Positions 18,522 through 28,000 of a DNA stretch of 59,973 bases are shown here, in pieces; the first letter of the stretch is position 1; every line of letters starts with the position of its first letter. The DNA is from a virus. Taxonomy: Duplodnaviria > Caudoviricetes. A program made the translations under genes and the position numbers. The notes under the pieces are model-generated. The model made no database searches. It worked only from the letters and a program-made list of their open reading frames with translations, and was not told where the DNA came from. The stretch is from positions 1-59,973 of the IMG/VR virus record IMGVR_UViG_3300033153_006809; one strand, written 5' to 3'.

Positions 18522-19304
18522 ATGGCATTGAAACATTTTTGGTATTCTCTTAGAGATGATGAAGGCATACCAATATCAGGACAACAAGTATATATATACA
18601 AACATGGTACAACTGATGAATTAGATATTTTTAACTCTATAGAAACACAGATATCACAACCTCTAATAACAACATCAACATCACCCTCTGGTATATTTGA
18701 TTTTTATATAAAAGATATACACTCATCAGGATACTTAGCATCACAAAAAATGACTATAGATTGGAGTCTTGGTAGTGTAGATAATTTAGATATATTTGAT
18801 AAAATATATCCTGTAAATGAAACAGATACTGATTCAGATAAAGATAAATCTACAAGTAATCAACTGGCATATAACTTGGAAATACATAAAGAATTGCTTG
18901 TAGATGGTGGAACAACTATACATAATTTATTACCAGTAGATGAAACAGACTCAAATGTTGATTTTAATAAAATTGTAAGTAATAACCTTATGAATAATTT
19001 GTATTCTGGTCTTGCATCAGCGGGTACAATAACAATTTCATCATCTGGTGCTATAATATCTTCATTCTCTATAGATGTAAAAGATGGTGTAGTGCCGGCA
19101 TGGTTAGATTCATTAGTGCCATCAGCCGGTGATTATTATGTTGATATAAATCATGGCCTTGATATAAAATATCCTTTGATATCTATATGGAAAACATCTA
19201 ATAAAAAAACTATATTTCCACCAAATATAATGTCAATTGATGAATATAATATTAGAATCTGGTCAAATGAAAATATGAAATCAGAAATATCAATAGTTGG
19301 TTAA
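18522..19304 (+). CDS. Tail/baseplate structural protein, paralog B
   Basis: Same length (260 aa) and shared blocks with the previous ORF. Confidence 0.7.
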   Translation: MALKHFWYSLRDDEGIPISGQQVYIYKHGTTDELDIFNSIETQISQPLITTSTSPSGIFDFYIKDIHSSGYLASQKMTIDWSLGSVDNLDIFDKIYPVNETDTDSDKDKSTSNQLAYNLEIHKELLVDGGTTIHNLLPVDETDSNVDFNKIVSNNLMNNLYSGLASAGTITISSSGAIISSFSIDVKDGVVPAWLDSLVPSAGDYYVDINHGLDIKYPLISIWKTSNKKTIFPPNIMSIDEYNIRIWSNENMKSEISIVG

Positions 19305-19307
19305 AGT

Positions 19308-19658
19308 ATGAGATTTTCAAAATTTATGGAATACTCTGTTGATGATAAAGATATAAATGAATTTAGATCTTGTAAAATTCATTTTTCTGAAAATATAAAG
19401 AATATTAAAAGAATAAAAAATATAATGGAAGAACATGCTCTTGATATGAGTATTATACATAAAATAGAAAAAGAAAATAAAATGTTAGATGTATTTCATG
19501 ATGGTAGTATATTTATAGATTTTACAATAGATGAAAAAGAAAAAAATGATTATAAAATTAAAAATAAGTTAAAATTAAAAGTACTAGATTTTAATAATGA
19601 TTTATGTAAGATACAAAGAAATCTAGAAGAAGATTTAAAGAAAATGGAGGAGTTATAA
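19308..19658 (+). CDS. Hypothetical protein
   Basis: N-terminus MRFSKFME. Confidence 0.6.
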   Translation: MRFSKFMEYSVDDKDINEFRSCKIHFSENIKNIKRIKNIMEEHALDMSIIHKIEKENKMLDVFHDGSIFIDFTIDEKEKNDYKIKNKLKLKVLDFNNDLCKIQRNLEEDLKKMEEL

Positions 19659-19659
19659 T

Positions 19660-20547
19660 ATGAAAAGTCATGGACTTGACATGATAGGAAATATAAAATT
19701 AGAAGTTGTAACAACATTACCAATATGGGCATCAACAGATGAAAGAAGATTGGTATATGCTACAGATACAGGTCTGATATATTACGGTGATAGTACTGGA
19801 TGGAAAATCGTTGTTGGAACGGATAGTACACAAACACTTACTAATAAAACTATTACTAGTAGTGAAAACACTCTTACATTAGATGGTTCTGATATAGTGG
19901 CTGGTTCTATAACTGATGCAAATATTAATGTAAGTGCTAATATAAAGGGTACAAAATTATTGGATAATACTATACCAGATGCTAAAATAATGAATGGTGT
20001 AAATGCTTCAAAAATAGGTAATCTTAATGTCAATAATACGGAATTATCTTTATTAAATGGTATAACGGATCTTGGAAATACAGGAACGTTTGTTACTAAT
20101 GCTAATGGTAATCCAACTATAGATGATGATTATTTTACAGTAACAAACAGTCATCCAGAGTCCACATGGGGATCTGTTGGCCCAACGGACTCCAATGCTT
20201 TAAAGGAATGGGAATCTATGGATTCTGTTGAATCTGGTGCCGACTATGTAATTATAAAATTATATGCACAATCATCAAGTGTTGATGATTATAAAAATCA
20301 AATGAGGTACATATCTGTACATGCTAGAAAAACAGGAGGTAATCAGGGGATTACCACTAGAAACAGGATGATTTATGTAAACAATGTTACAAACGATAAT
20401 AGTGGTTACACTTGGGCAGCAGGGCAATCAGAAGTGATAGTACCAGTTGATGATGATTTACGATTTGATTTATATTGGTATACCACATTTAATTATAATA
20501 GAGTAGTATCTTGTACACTGGTTGGATGGGGATTCAATCCATCATAA
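19660..20547 (+). CDS. Putative tail fibre/appendage protein
   Basis: N-terminus shared with next ORF; TQTLTNKTI fibre-type motif. Confidence 0.65.
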   Translation: MKSHGLDMIGNIKLEVVTTLPIWASTDERRLVYATDTGLIYYGDSTGWKIVVGTDSTQTLTNKTITSSENTLTLDGSDIVAGSITDANINVSANIKGTKLLDNTIPDAKIMNGVNASKIGNLNVNNTELSLLNGITDLGNTGTFVTNANGNPTIDDDYFTVTNSHPESTWGSVGPTDSNALKEWESMDSVESGADYVIIKLYAQSSSVDDYKNQMRYISVHARKTGGNQGITTRNRMIYVNNVTNDNSGYTWAAGQSEVIVPVDDDLRFDLYWYTTFNYNRVVSCTLVGWGFNPS

Positions 20548-20585
20548 AATAATTTTGAGTAAAAATAAACACGGAGAATAAATAA

Positions 20586-21515
20586 ATGGAAAATTATGGA
20601 ATAGACATGAAAGGAAACATTCAGATAGAAAATGTTTCAACACTGCCAGCATGGACATCATCAGATGAAAGAAGAATGATATATGTCGCTTATGATGATA
20701 GAATCTATTATGGGTCTGGTTCAAAATGGGAACGTGTTCTTGATAATAGTTATTATATTAGTGAGCATAATAAAGGATGGTATAAAAGACCTCTTTTTAA
20801 ATGGATAAGTGATACTACTATAGATATATATCCTGGTGCATATCACTATAATGATGGAACAACAGAAAAAATGGTATATTGGAATGATAAGTTAACATTT
20901 GTATTGGGGCCAGGTGGATCAAATGTTAATTCAGATTCATTAAGTACAGATCAGTGGCACTATATATATCTACATAAAACATCAATTGATTCTCATGGAT
21001 CTGTAGAACTTGATGAAGGATGTTTTATTAATTCAGCATCTGCATCACCATCAATATTAACAACTGGTGGTTATGGTATTTATTATGATACAAGTAGACT
21101 TATATACGCATTAAGAACAGATGGATCTAGTAATATTGCAGAATTTTTCCAATATGGAAACTTTACACAATGGGCTAATTTTTTAACAAGAGTTAGTTCA
21201 CAAACTTTAGGATCTTCATGGACAAATATAGGTATGTCAGTTCCAACAATAACTGGTGTTAATATAAGATCAAGTATAACAATTCATGATTCTTATTCTG
21301 ATTCTACAGCAGATTTATTTTGGAGAACAAAATATCAAACAGGATCAACAGGAACATATATACTTAGTATAGATTCTACATCAGCATATAAAAATAGTAA
21401 TATAGATGTTATTTCAGATTATCTTAATGGTTATATTGAAATGAGACATGTAGGTGGTGTTCTTAATAATATTACTGTACATCAAAATGGATGGTATTTA
21501 CCAGATGGAATATAA
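20586..21515 (+). CDS. Putative tail fibre/receptor-binding protein
   Basis: Shared N-terminal GxDMxGNIxxExVxTLPxWxSxDERR; distinct beta-rich C-terminus with WHYIYL. Confidence 0.65.
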   Translation: MENYGIDMKGNIQIENVSTLPAWTSSDERRMIYVAYDDRIYYGSGSKWERVLDNSYYISEHNKGWYKRPLFKWISDTTIDIYPGAYHYNDGTTEKMVYWNDKLTFVLGPGGSNVNSDSLSTDQWHYIYLHKTSIDSHGSVELDEGCFINSASASPSILTTGGYGIYYDTSRLIYALRTDGSSNIAEFFQYGNFTQWANFLTRVSSQTLGSSWTNIGMSVPTITGVNIRSSITIHDSYSDSTADLFWRTKYQTGSTGTYILSIDSTSAYKNSNIDVISDYLNGYIEMRHVGGVLNNITVHQNGWYLPDGI

Positions 21516-21523
21516 TATTTTTG

Positions 21524-21552
21524 TTTACATTTAATTAATTATAAGTTATAAT
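21524..21552 (+). promoter_or_regulatory. T4-type early promoter
   Basis: (G)TTTACA-N17-TATAAT upstream of gp55. Confidence 0.8.
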
Positions 21553-21591
21553 AGTTATAGTTGATTATAGATAAATTGAAGCTGGAGATAT

Positions 21592-22035
21592 ATGGATAAA
21601 AAACAAAGATATTATATAAGAAACAAGGATTTATTACCAGAAATAATAAAATATAAGGATAGTGGAGAAATTGGTGAAAAGCTAGCAATAATGATACAAC
21701 AAATAGCTATAAACTATTCCAACAGAGGAAATTTTGCTGGATATACATGGAGAGAAGATATGGTATCTGAAGCTATCTTAATATGCTTTAAATACATGCA
21801 TAATTTTGATCCAAAGAAACAAAAAAATCCAAATCCATTTTCTTATTTTACAACAGTAATACACAATGCTTTTATAAATTATATAAAGAAACAAAAGAAA
21901 CATAGTGATATAAAAGATGTATGTTATAAAAACTGCCATCTTATAGATGAAGAAAATGAATTCTATCACTATGCTGTAAAGGGAATAGATTATCAAATAA
22001 TGAGAAAACATGATATAGTTGTGAAGAAAAAATGA
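21592..22035 (+). CDS. gp55: Late-transcription sigma factor gp55
   Basis: YYIRNKDL...NFAGYTWREDMVSEA...NFDP...NPFSYFT...NAF..YIKKQKK. Confidence 0.93.
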   Translation: MDKKQRYYIRNKDLLPEIIKYKDSGEIGEKLAIMIQQIAINYSNRGNFAGYTWREDMVSEAILICFKYMHNFDPKKQKNPNPFSYFTTVIHNAFINYIKKQKKHSDIKDVCYKNCHLIDEENEFYHYAVKGIDYQIMRKHDIVVKKK

Positions 22036-22134
22036 CAGTAATAAAACATAAAAAACCAAGAGTGAAAAAAATTGTAGAAAAAAAGTTTAAAGTAAAAATA
22101 CCTGAGTCACTAAAGAGGAAATCAAAAAAATAAT

Positions 22135-23112
22135 ATGAAAAAATTTGTGATGTTAAGTGATGTACATTTAGGAATATATAATGATTCAGAAACATGGCAC
22201 AATGTAGCAATTATATTATTTGAAGAAGTATGTGACTATTGTATAAGAAATAACATAGACACACTATTATTACTTGGTGACTTTTTTCATAATCGCAAAT
22301 CAACAAATACAAAGACCCAACACGCCGCACATAAAATAGCAAAAATAATTAGTCCATTAAAAACCTATATAATAGTGGGTAATCATGACTGCTATTTCAA
22401 AAACAAAATCATACCAAATTCATTAGAGTTATTCAAAAAATACAATCATATAAACATAATAGAAGAAACAACAATAATTGATGATATGTCCTTAGTTCCA
22501 TGGCTAGGTGAACTAAAAAAATCAAAATACTGTTTTGGCCATTTTGCAATAAATGGCTTTAACATGAATGATAACTATACATGTGGTGATGGAGTTGAAT
22601 CTACAAAGTTTAAATCATATAAATCCGTATTCTCTGGACACTTTCATACACCATCTAAACAAAAAAATATAACATACTTAGGATCACCATTTCAACAAAC
22701 ATTTAATGATATCAACGGCAAGAGGGGATATTATATATTTGATAATGGTGATTCGCATTTTATAGAGTTCACCAAATACCCTCATTTTATAAAACTCAAT
22801 GCTGGGGATAAAATAACAGATGATATAAGTGGTAATATAATAAGACTTATCTTTACAGAGGATTTTGGAGAAAACAAAAATCAGATGATTGTAGATAAGA
22901 TAACAGATAGAAACCCACTTCAACTGCATGTGGATTTTAAAATATCTGGAAACGACAACGATCAGCGTCAAGAAGAAATGGATATAGGCATATTAGATCA
23001 TGATAAAGTTATAAAAGAGTACACAAAGAATTACGATTTACCAAAGTATATTAGTAGAAAAGTATTAATTAAAATGATGTTAAAGATCAAAGAAGAGGCT
23101 TATGGATTATAA
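22135..23112 (+). CDS. gp47: Recombination endonuclease subunit gp47 (Mre11/SbcD-like)
   Basis: SDVHLG, LGDFFHNR, VGNHD, GHF, SGHFH motifs. Confidence 0.93.
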   Translation: MKKFVMLSDVHLGIYNDSETWHNVAIILFEEVCDYCIRNNIDTLLLLGDFFHNRKSTNTKTQHAAHKIAKIISPLKTYIIVGNHDCYFKNKIIPNSLELFKKYNHINIIEETTIIDDMSLVPWLGELKKSKYCFGHFAINGFNMNDNYTCGDGVESTKFKSYKSVFSGHFHTPSKQKNITYLGSPFQQTFNDINGKRGYYIFDNGDSHFIEFTKYPHFIKLNAGDKITDDISGNIIRLIFTEDFGENKNQMIVDKITDRNPLQLHVDFKISGNDNDQRQEEMDIGILDHDKVIKEYTKNYDLPKYISRKVLIKMMLKIKEEAYGL

Positions 23113-23296
23113 ACAACATAACTATAGAAGAGTAAACGTAACCGTAACAGAAAGCGATTGGTGTTCATATAGTGGTATTTGTAAAAAAAGTATATGTATT
23201 AAAAATGATTTGTGCTCTCATTGTAAGTATAAAATACCAGTTGATATACCAGAAATGATAAAGAAAAAAATGGAAAGTATAAAAGAAGGTGGATAA
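23102..23296 (+). CDS. Small Cys-rich protein
   Basis: Five Cys; overlaps gp47 stop. Confidence 0.55.
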   Translation: MDYKQHNYRRVNVTVTESDWCSYSGICKKSICIKNDLCSHCKYKIPVDIPEMIKKKMESIKEGG

Positions 23297-23647
23297 ATGA
23301 GTATATTAAATAGTGCTGGTGATTATTGGCATATTACAGATAATAATATTGCTAATGGTGGTGGTACATCTATAACAACAACATATAGTAGTAGTGATGA
23401 TGGTGATTTTTTAATAGTTGATGATAGGCATGAATTATACAATAAAATAAACAAACATGAGAAACATATAGATCTTTTATATAGAATCATTAGCAAAACC
23501 ATGAACGAAATTATAGAGAAAAACATAAGTATTAGTAATTCTTTGAGATATGAAGTATTTGATTTACTTGAAGAAATTGAGTCTAACAAAAAAGAAAAAA
23601 AGAAAGAAGATGATGGGTTCATTCAAGAGGAAGAAATGGCAATATGA
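23297..23647 (+). CDS. Hypothetical protein ending GFIQEEEMAI
   Basis: ORF track. Confidence 0.6.
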   Translation: MSILNSAGDYWHITDNNIANGGGTSITTTYSSSDDGDFLIVDDRHELYNKINKHEKHIDLLYRIISKTMNEIIEKNISISNSLRYEVFDLLEEIESNKKEKKKEDDGFIQEEEMAI

Positions 23648-24291
23648 CTATACATAATGATTTTGTTGTACGTAAAAATGGTAATATAAGATATGTTGGT
23701 TGTGGTGAATCATATAACATAACTGAATTTTACCAATATTTAATAAACTTATCAGATGATTTGTTAGATATAACATCACATGTTCCAATTGAACGAGTAA
23801 CACCAGATATTATGAGATTAACTAACAATTATAATATAAATGATTATGCTTCTATATATCTTTATGGTGGAACTATTATACAAGGTGAAAATGATACAGA
23901 AGAAGTATATAATGGATTAATTATAGTGGGTTTTGTGAATAATCCAAAAACCAATATAAGTATAATACAAAATAATAAGGTATATGATATAATAAAACCA
24001 GGACATAATGGTGATTATGGTGAGTCTGGTATTATAGCAAGATATATGGTAAAATCAAAAACAAAAGGCGAACTTATAGACGATGGTAAACTTATTGTAA
24101 GAGCAATATATCCTGGTGATACATTTTCAGAATATATTGCTAACATGAATTGTCTTGGAAATGTTTATATAGCCATTTTTACACAACCAGATTTGTTATA
24201 TTCTGTTGATACAATATATGATACAGATGATGTTTACGTTGATGAAAATAAAAAATATGAGTTTATAAAAAAAGAAGAAATGATGATATAA
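23644..24291 (+). CDS. Hypothetical protein ending EFIKKEEMMI
   Basis: ATGA overlap. Confidence 0.65.
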   Translation: MTIHNDFVVRKNGNIRYVGCGESYNITEFYQYLINLSDDLLDITSHVPIERVTPDIMRLTNNYNINDYASIYLYGGTIIQGENDTEEVYNGLIIVGFVNNPKTNISIIQNNKVYDIIKPGHNGDYGESGIIARYMVKSKTKGELIDDGKLIVRAIYPGDTFSEYIANMNCLGNVYIAIFTQPDLLYSVDTIYDTDDVYVDENKKYEFIKKEEMMI

Positions 24292-24294
24292 GTG

Positions 24295-24323
24295 TTTACA
24301 TTTTTTATTAAAAATTGTATAAT
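24295..24323 (+). promoter_or_regulatory. T4-type early promoter
   Basis: (G)TTTACA-N17-TATAAT. Confidence 0.8.
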
Positions 24324-24352
24324 TACTTATCATAAATTGTTAAAAGGAGAAA

Positions 24353-24820
24353 TTGTATATGAGATTTGAAGAGGCACCAACAGAAGTATATGAAATATTG
24401 AGAGAATGTAAAGATCAACATTTTCCAACTCTAGCAGGATGTAATATAAAGGTAGTTTTTGATTTAAAAAAGAGAATGTCTGGTGGAAAATTAACACTGG
24501 GATCATTGCAGAAACCAAATGAGCTATTAAGATTTTTCACAATAGATGAATCTGGTAATGATGAAGGATATGACTATCTAATGAGAATAGATAAAAAGGC
24601 ATGGACTGAGATAATGACTAGTGGTGATAAAAAAAGATTAGTTCGCCATGAATTAAGACATTCAGATGTTGATTTTGATTCATCAAATCCTTATAAGCTA
24701 AGAGGACATAGCGTTGAGGATTTTTATTCTGAAATAACATTAAACGAAGATGATCCACGGTGGGGCGAACGAGTTTCAATGGCAACATTCTCAGCATATG
24801 AAATAGAAAGGAACGGATAA
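24353..24820 (+). CDS. Putative phage metallopeptidase
   Basis: YDYLMRID..AW...LVRHELRH...LRGHSVEDF..I. Confidence 0.75.
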   Translation: MYMRFEEAPTEVYEILRECKDQHFPTLAGCNIKVVFDLKKRMSGGKLTLGSLQKPNELLRFFTIDESGNDEGYDYLMRIDKKAWTEIMTSGDKKRLVRHELRHSDVDFDSSNPYKLRGHSVEDFYSEITLNEDDPRWGERVSMATFSAYEIERNG

Positions 24821-25061
24821 TGGATTTTATATTAAGTTGTTTAATAATATTTGTAAAAGCATCAATTGGTGGTATGATAGTATCTACATTTTTTGGTATA
24901 CTTGTATTGTTTACTGGATTTGTGTCTTATGCACTACTTGGTGTTGGAAAAGATTAACCAGGCTGTCTTATTTCCTCCTACTTTATAATGATGGTTTGGA
25001 TAGGTGAAGCAGTATAAGTCTATATACTGCTTCACCAAATATAATGGAGTAATATGTGTAA

Positions 25062-27257
25062 ATGAAGCTTGAAATTGAATCTGTAGAATTTAAAAACTTT
25101 CTAACATTTGGTAGTCGAGTACAGAGAATACCATTTTTAAAGGGATTGAACCTTGTTACTGGTATTGACATGGATCGTAAGAGATCAAATGGATCAGGCA
25201 AATCCTCGCTTTTAGAATCAGTGCCGTTTGCCCTTTTCGGACAGGTGCATAGAAATATCAATAAGAAACAAATAGTCAATTGGAAGAATAGAAAAAAATG
25301 TGAGGTATCACTTGATTTTAAAATAGGTAGTGATGATTATAAAGTATCAAGAGCAATCAAGCCTGATAACTTTGAAATATATAAGAATAATACTCTAATA
25401 GATAAGCCATCACATGTTAAAGAATATCAATTAATTCTAGAAGAGATCATTGGAATGAATTATAAAACATTTATGTCTCTTATACATTCTAATATCAACT
25501 CATCAGCTAAAATACTCACAATGGGTAAGCCAGAGAAAAGAAAGCTTATTGATACAATGTTTGGATTAACAGTATATAAGAATATACAAGAACATTCAAA
25601 TAAAAAGTTGAGAGGCATAATAGAAAAATTAAAAGAAATAGAGATAACAAGTTCCTCTAATGTAGATAGGATAAGTGATTTAAAGAGCACTGTAGATGAT
25701 CTAGAATTTAAATACTCAGCAAAACCAATTCAATATACCCAATTGAAAGAAAAGGAAGAAGAGCTGGATGAAATAAAAGAAATATTAGATGATTCAAAGA
25801 AAGAACTAGAAAAGAAAAGAACTCTATTGGCAGACAAAGAGAGTTCTTTAAAATACTTTGAAATGATTGAAGGCAATATAAAGAACTCATTGTATAAAAT
25901 CGGTGTAAAACTAAAAAGCATAAACGATTCATTGGCAAAATCTGAGAAGATAGAAAGAATAAAAAAAGAGAACAATAGATACAATGATATGATTGATGGT
26001 ATGAGAACAGAATATGGTAGTTTGGATGAAATTGAAAGAAACCTAACAGACAAGAGAAAAGAAGTAACAGATCTTGAAAAAGATATAGTCAATGAAAGAA
26101 ACAACCTTAGCGCATTAAGTAAAGAAATATCAAATCTTGAGAGGGATGAGATCAAATCATCTGTTAAACTTGAAAAACTTGAAAAGGACATCTGCCCAAC
26201 ATGTAATCAAAGGATAACAGATGAATCGTTATTAAAAAGCGAGCGAATAAAACTTGATAGCACAAAACTGAAAATAGAGAGTAGTAAAGAAAAAGAGCGA
26301 AAATCATCAAATAGATATGATAATAAGAAATTAAAACTACCAAATTTTACAAACACAATAGATAGCTATGATACTATAAGAAAAGAAATGATTAAAATAA
26401 GTGATAAGATAATAAACATTGATCTTTCAGATAATATAGATAAATTAAAAAGTGATAAATCAAGATATGATAGAACATTTGTAGCACTAGAATCTTTAGC
26501 TGGAAAAACAGAACATGATAAGCTTAAAATAGAAAAAACAATATCACTACTATCAGAAAGAATTGGAGAACTACAAGAAAGGGTATCAAAGGTATATGAT
26601 CTGGAACAAGAAATAATAAAGCTTGAAGAGTTTATAGAATTAGAAAGAAAGAACCAGAAAAGTCTAAAATCACTAATAGATTCAAATAGGAAAAAGATAA
26701 CTCTATTAAATAAGAAAACAAGTGAGTCAACAAAAAAGAAAGAAACATTAATGAACTTGAAGAACTATGTTTCATTGATAAAGGATATATGTAAAGATGA
26801 AAATATAAAACAATACGCTATATCATCCATTATGCCATATATCAATGAGCGAGCAAATTATTATTTATCAAAGGTAAATTACTCATTTTATGTTGTGCTA
26901 GATAAGTGGCTGGATATGCAAATAAAAGGACCGGGTATAGTGGACGCATCTTATGGATCACTATCTGGTGGTGAGTCAAGAGGCATTGATATAGCAATAC
27001 AACTAGCATTTCTTGATATATCAAAATTAAGAGCTAATATATTTCCAGACTTTTTAACACTTGATGAGTTATTAGATTCTTCTATTGACAGTGGTGGTAT
27101 CTCACAATTGTTTAAAATAATAAGCTTAAAACAAAAGAAAGATGATTCAAAAACATTCATCATATCACATAGGAGCGAGCTTGATGAAATGGCAGATGTG
27201 GACAATATTTATCATGTAACTAAAAAGGGTGGTTACTCAACAGTGGAGATAACATAA
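25062..27257 (+). CDS. gp46: Recombination ATPase gp46 (Rad50/SbcC-like)
   Basis: FKNFL, NGSGKSS, coiled coil with CPTC hook, LSGGE, LTLDE, ISH. Confidence 0.95.
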   Translation: MKLEIESVEFKNFLTFGSRVQRIPFLKGLNLVTGIDMDRKRSNGSGKSSLLESVPFALFGQVHRNINKKQIVNWKNRKKCEVSLDFKIGSDDYKVSRAIKPDNFEIYKNNTLIDKPSHVKEYQLILEEIIGMNYKTFMSLIHSNINSSAKILTMGKPEKRKLIDTMFGLTVYKNIQEHSNKKLRGIIEKLKEIEITSSSNVDRISDLKSTVDDLEFKYSAKPIQYTQLKEKEEELDEIKEILDDSKKELEKKRTLLADKESSLKYFEMIEGNIKNSLYKIGVKLKSINDSLAKSEKIERIKKENNRYNDMIDGMRTEYGSLDEIERNLTDKRKEVTDLEKDIVNERNNLSALSKEISNLERDEIKSSVKLEKLEKDICPTCNQRITDESLLKSERIKLDSTKLKIESSKEKERKSSNRYDNKKLKLPNFTNTIDSYDTIRKEMIKISDKIINIDLSDNIDKLKSDKSRYDRTFVALESLAGKTEHDKLKIEKTISLLSERIGELQERVSKVYDLEQEIIKLEEFIELERKNQKSLKSLIDSNRKKITLLNKKTSESTKKKETLMNLKNYVSLIKDICKDENIKQYAISSIMPYINERANYYLSKVNYSFYVVLDKWLDMQIKGPGIVDASYGSLSGGESRGIDIAIQLAFLDISKLRANIFPDFLTLDELLDSSIDSGGISQLFKIISLKQKKDDSKTFIISHRSELDEMADVDNIYHVTKKGGYSTVEIT

Positions 27258-27580
27258 TGGAAAAATTATATTGGGCTTTGTTGTTAACTATATTAGTGTA
27301 TGTATGGGTACAGATTGATCCCTATAAAGCTCCTTATATATTGGCGCCATACAAATATGTGTACCATAACCCGATAATATGTATTGTAGATACGTTATGT
27401 AATGGCCCCGATTGTCCTATACTTAGACTTCGTAGAGTAAATGGTAAATCTGTTTTGAGTGGCACGTTTAGTCAATGCATTGAATATGACCACACTACAA
27501 CGATCTATGACAGTAAAATAATCATGTTTGAGGTTAGTGGTGTAATTGGAGAAAAGGAAAACAATGATGAGAGAATTTAA
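27257..27580 (+). CDS. Hypothetical protein with N-terminal TM
   Basis: TAATG overlap. Confidence 0.55.
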   Translation: MEKLYWALLLTILVYVWVQIDPYKAPYILAPYKYVYHNPIICIVDTLCNGPDCPILRLRRVNGKSVLSGTFSQCIEYDHTTTIYDSKIIMFEVSGVIGEKENNDERI

Positions 27581-27691
27581 TGGAAAAAAATTTCTTCATA
27601 CAAAAGCATATAAAGCAGCTCGTGAACAAACCAAAAAGAAATTAGAAAAAATGAAAAAAGTATTCATAGAATTGGCCAAAGAAGGAGAGTA

Positions 27692-27997
27692 ATGAATATA
27701 ACAGAAAACATGTATAAAGAAGATGTAGAATTATTCTTTGAAAGAATACGAGAAGACAGTAATATGACATTTTATCAGATAGTTGATTTCATAAAAAATG
27801 TAGCATCTGGTAAAACATCATTTCTTATTGAAAGTGACTATACACAGGAGTTAGAAGAAAAATTAAAATCTAAGACAGAAGAAGTTGAAGATCTTATGGA
27901 CACTCTTCAAAATATAAGAAACGACCCGACTAGAGATAGAAGTTTTGGAGATATGTTAAGAGATAATGCAGGCACAAGACAGAGAGCAAGGAGATAA
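27692..27997 (+). CDS. Hypothetical protein
   Basis: AAGGAG SD. Confidence 0.65.
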   Translation: MNITENMYKEDVELFFERIREDSNMTFYQIVDFIKNVASGKTSFLIESDYTQELEEKLKSKTEEVEDLMDTLQNIRNDPTRDRSFGDMLRDNAGTRQRARR

Positions 27998-28000
27998 AAT

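Noticed and set aside
17724-21515. Diversity-generating retroelement acting on fibre genes
   Set aside because: No reverse transcriptase in the window and no adenine-specific TR/VR repeat pair noticed
25460-27205. Antisense and overlapping ORFs from the track, here and throughout the window
   Set aside because: Shadow frames of real genes with biased F/S/L/I composition and no SD
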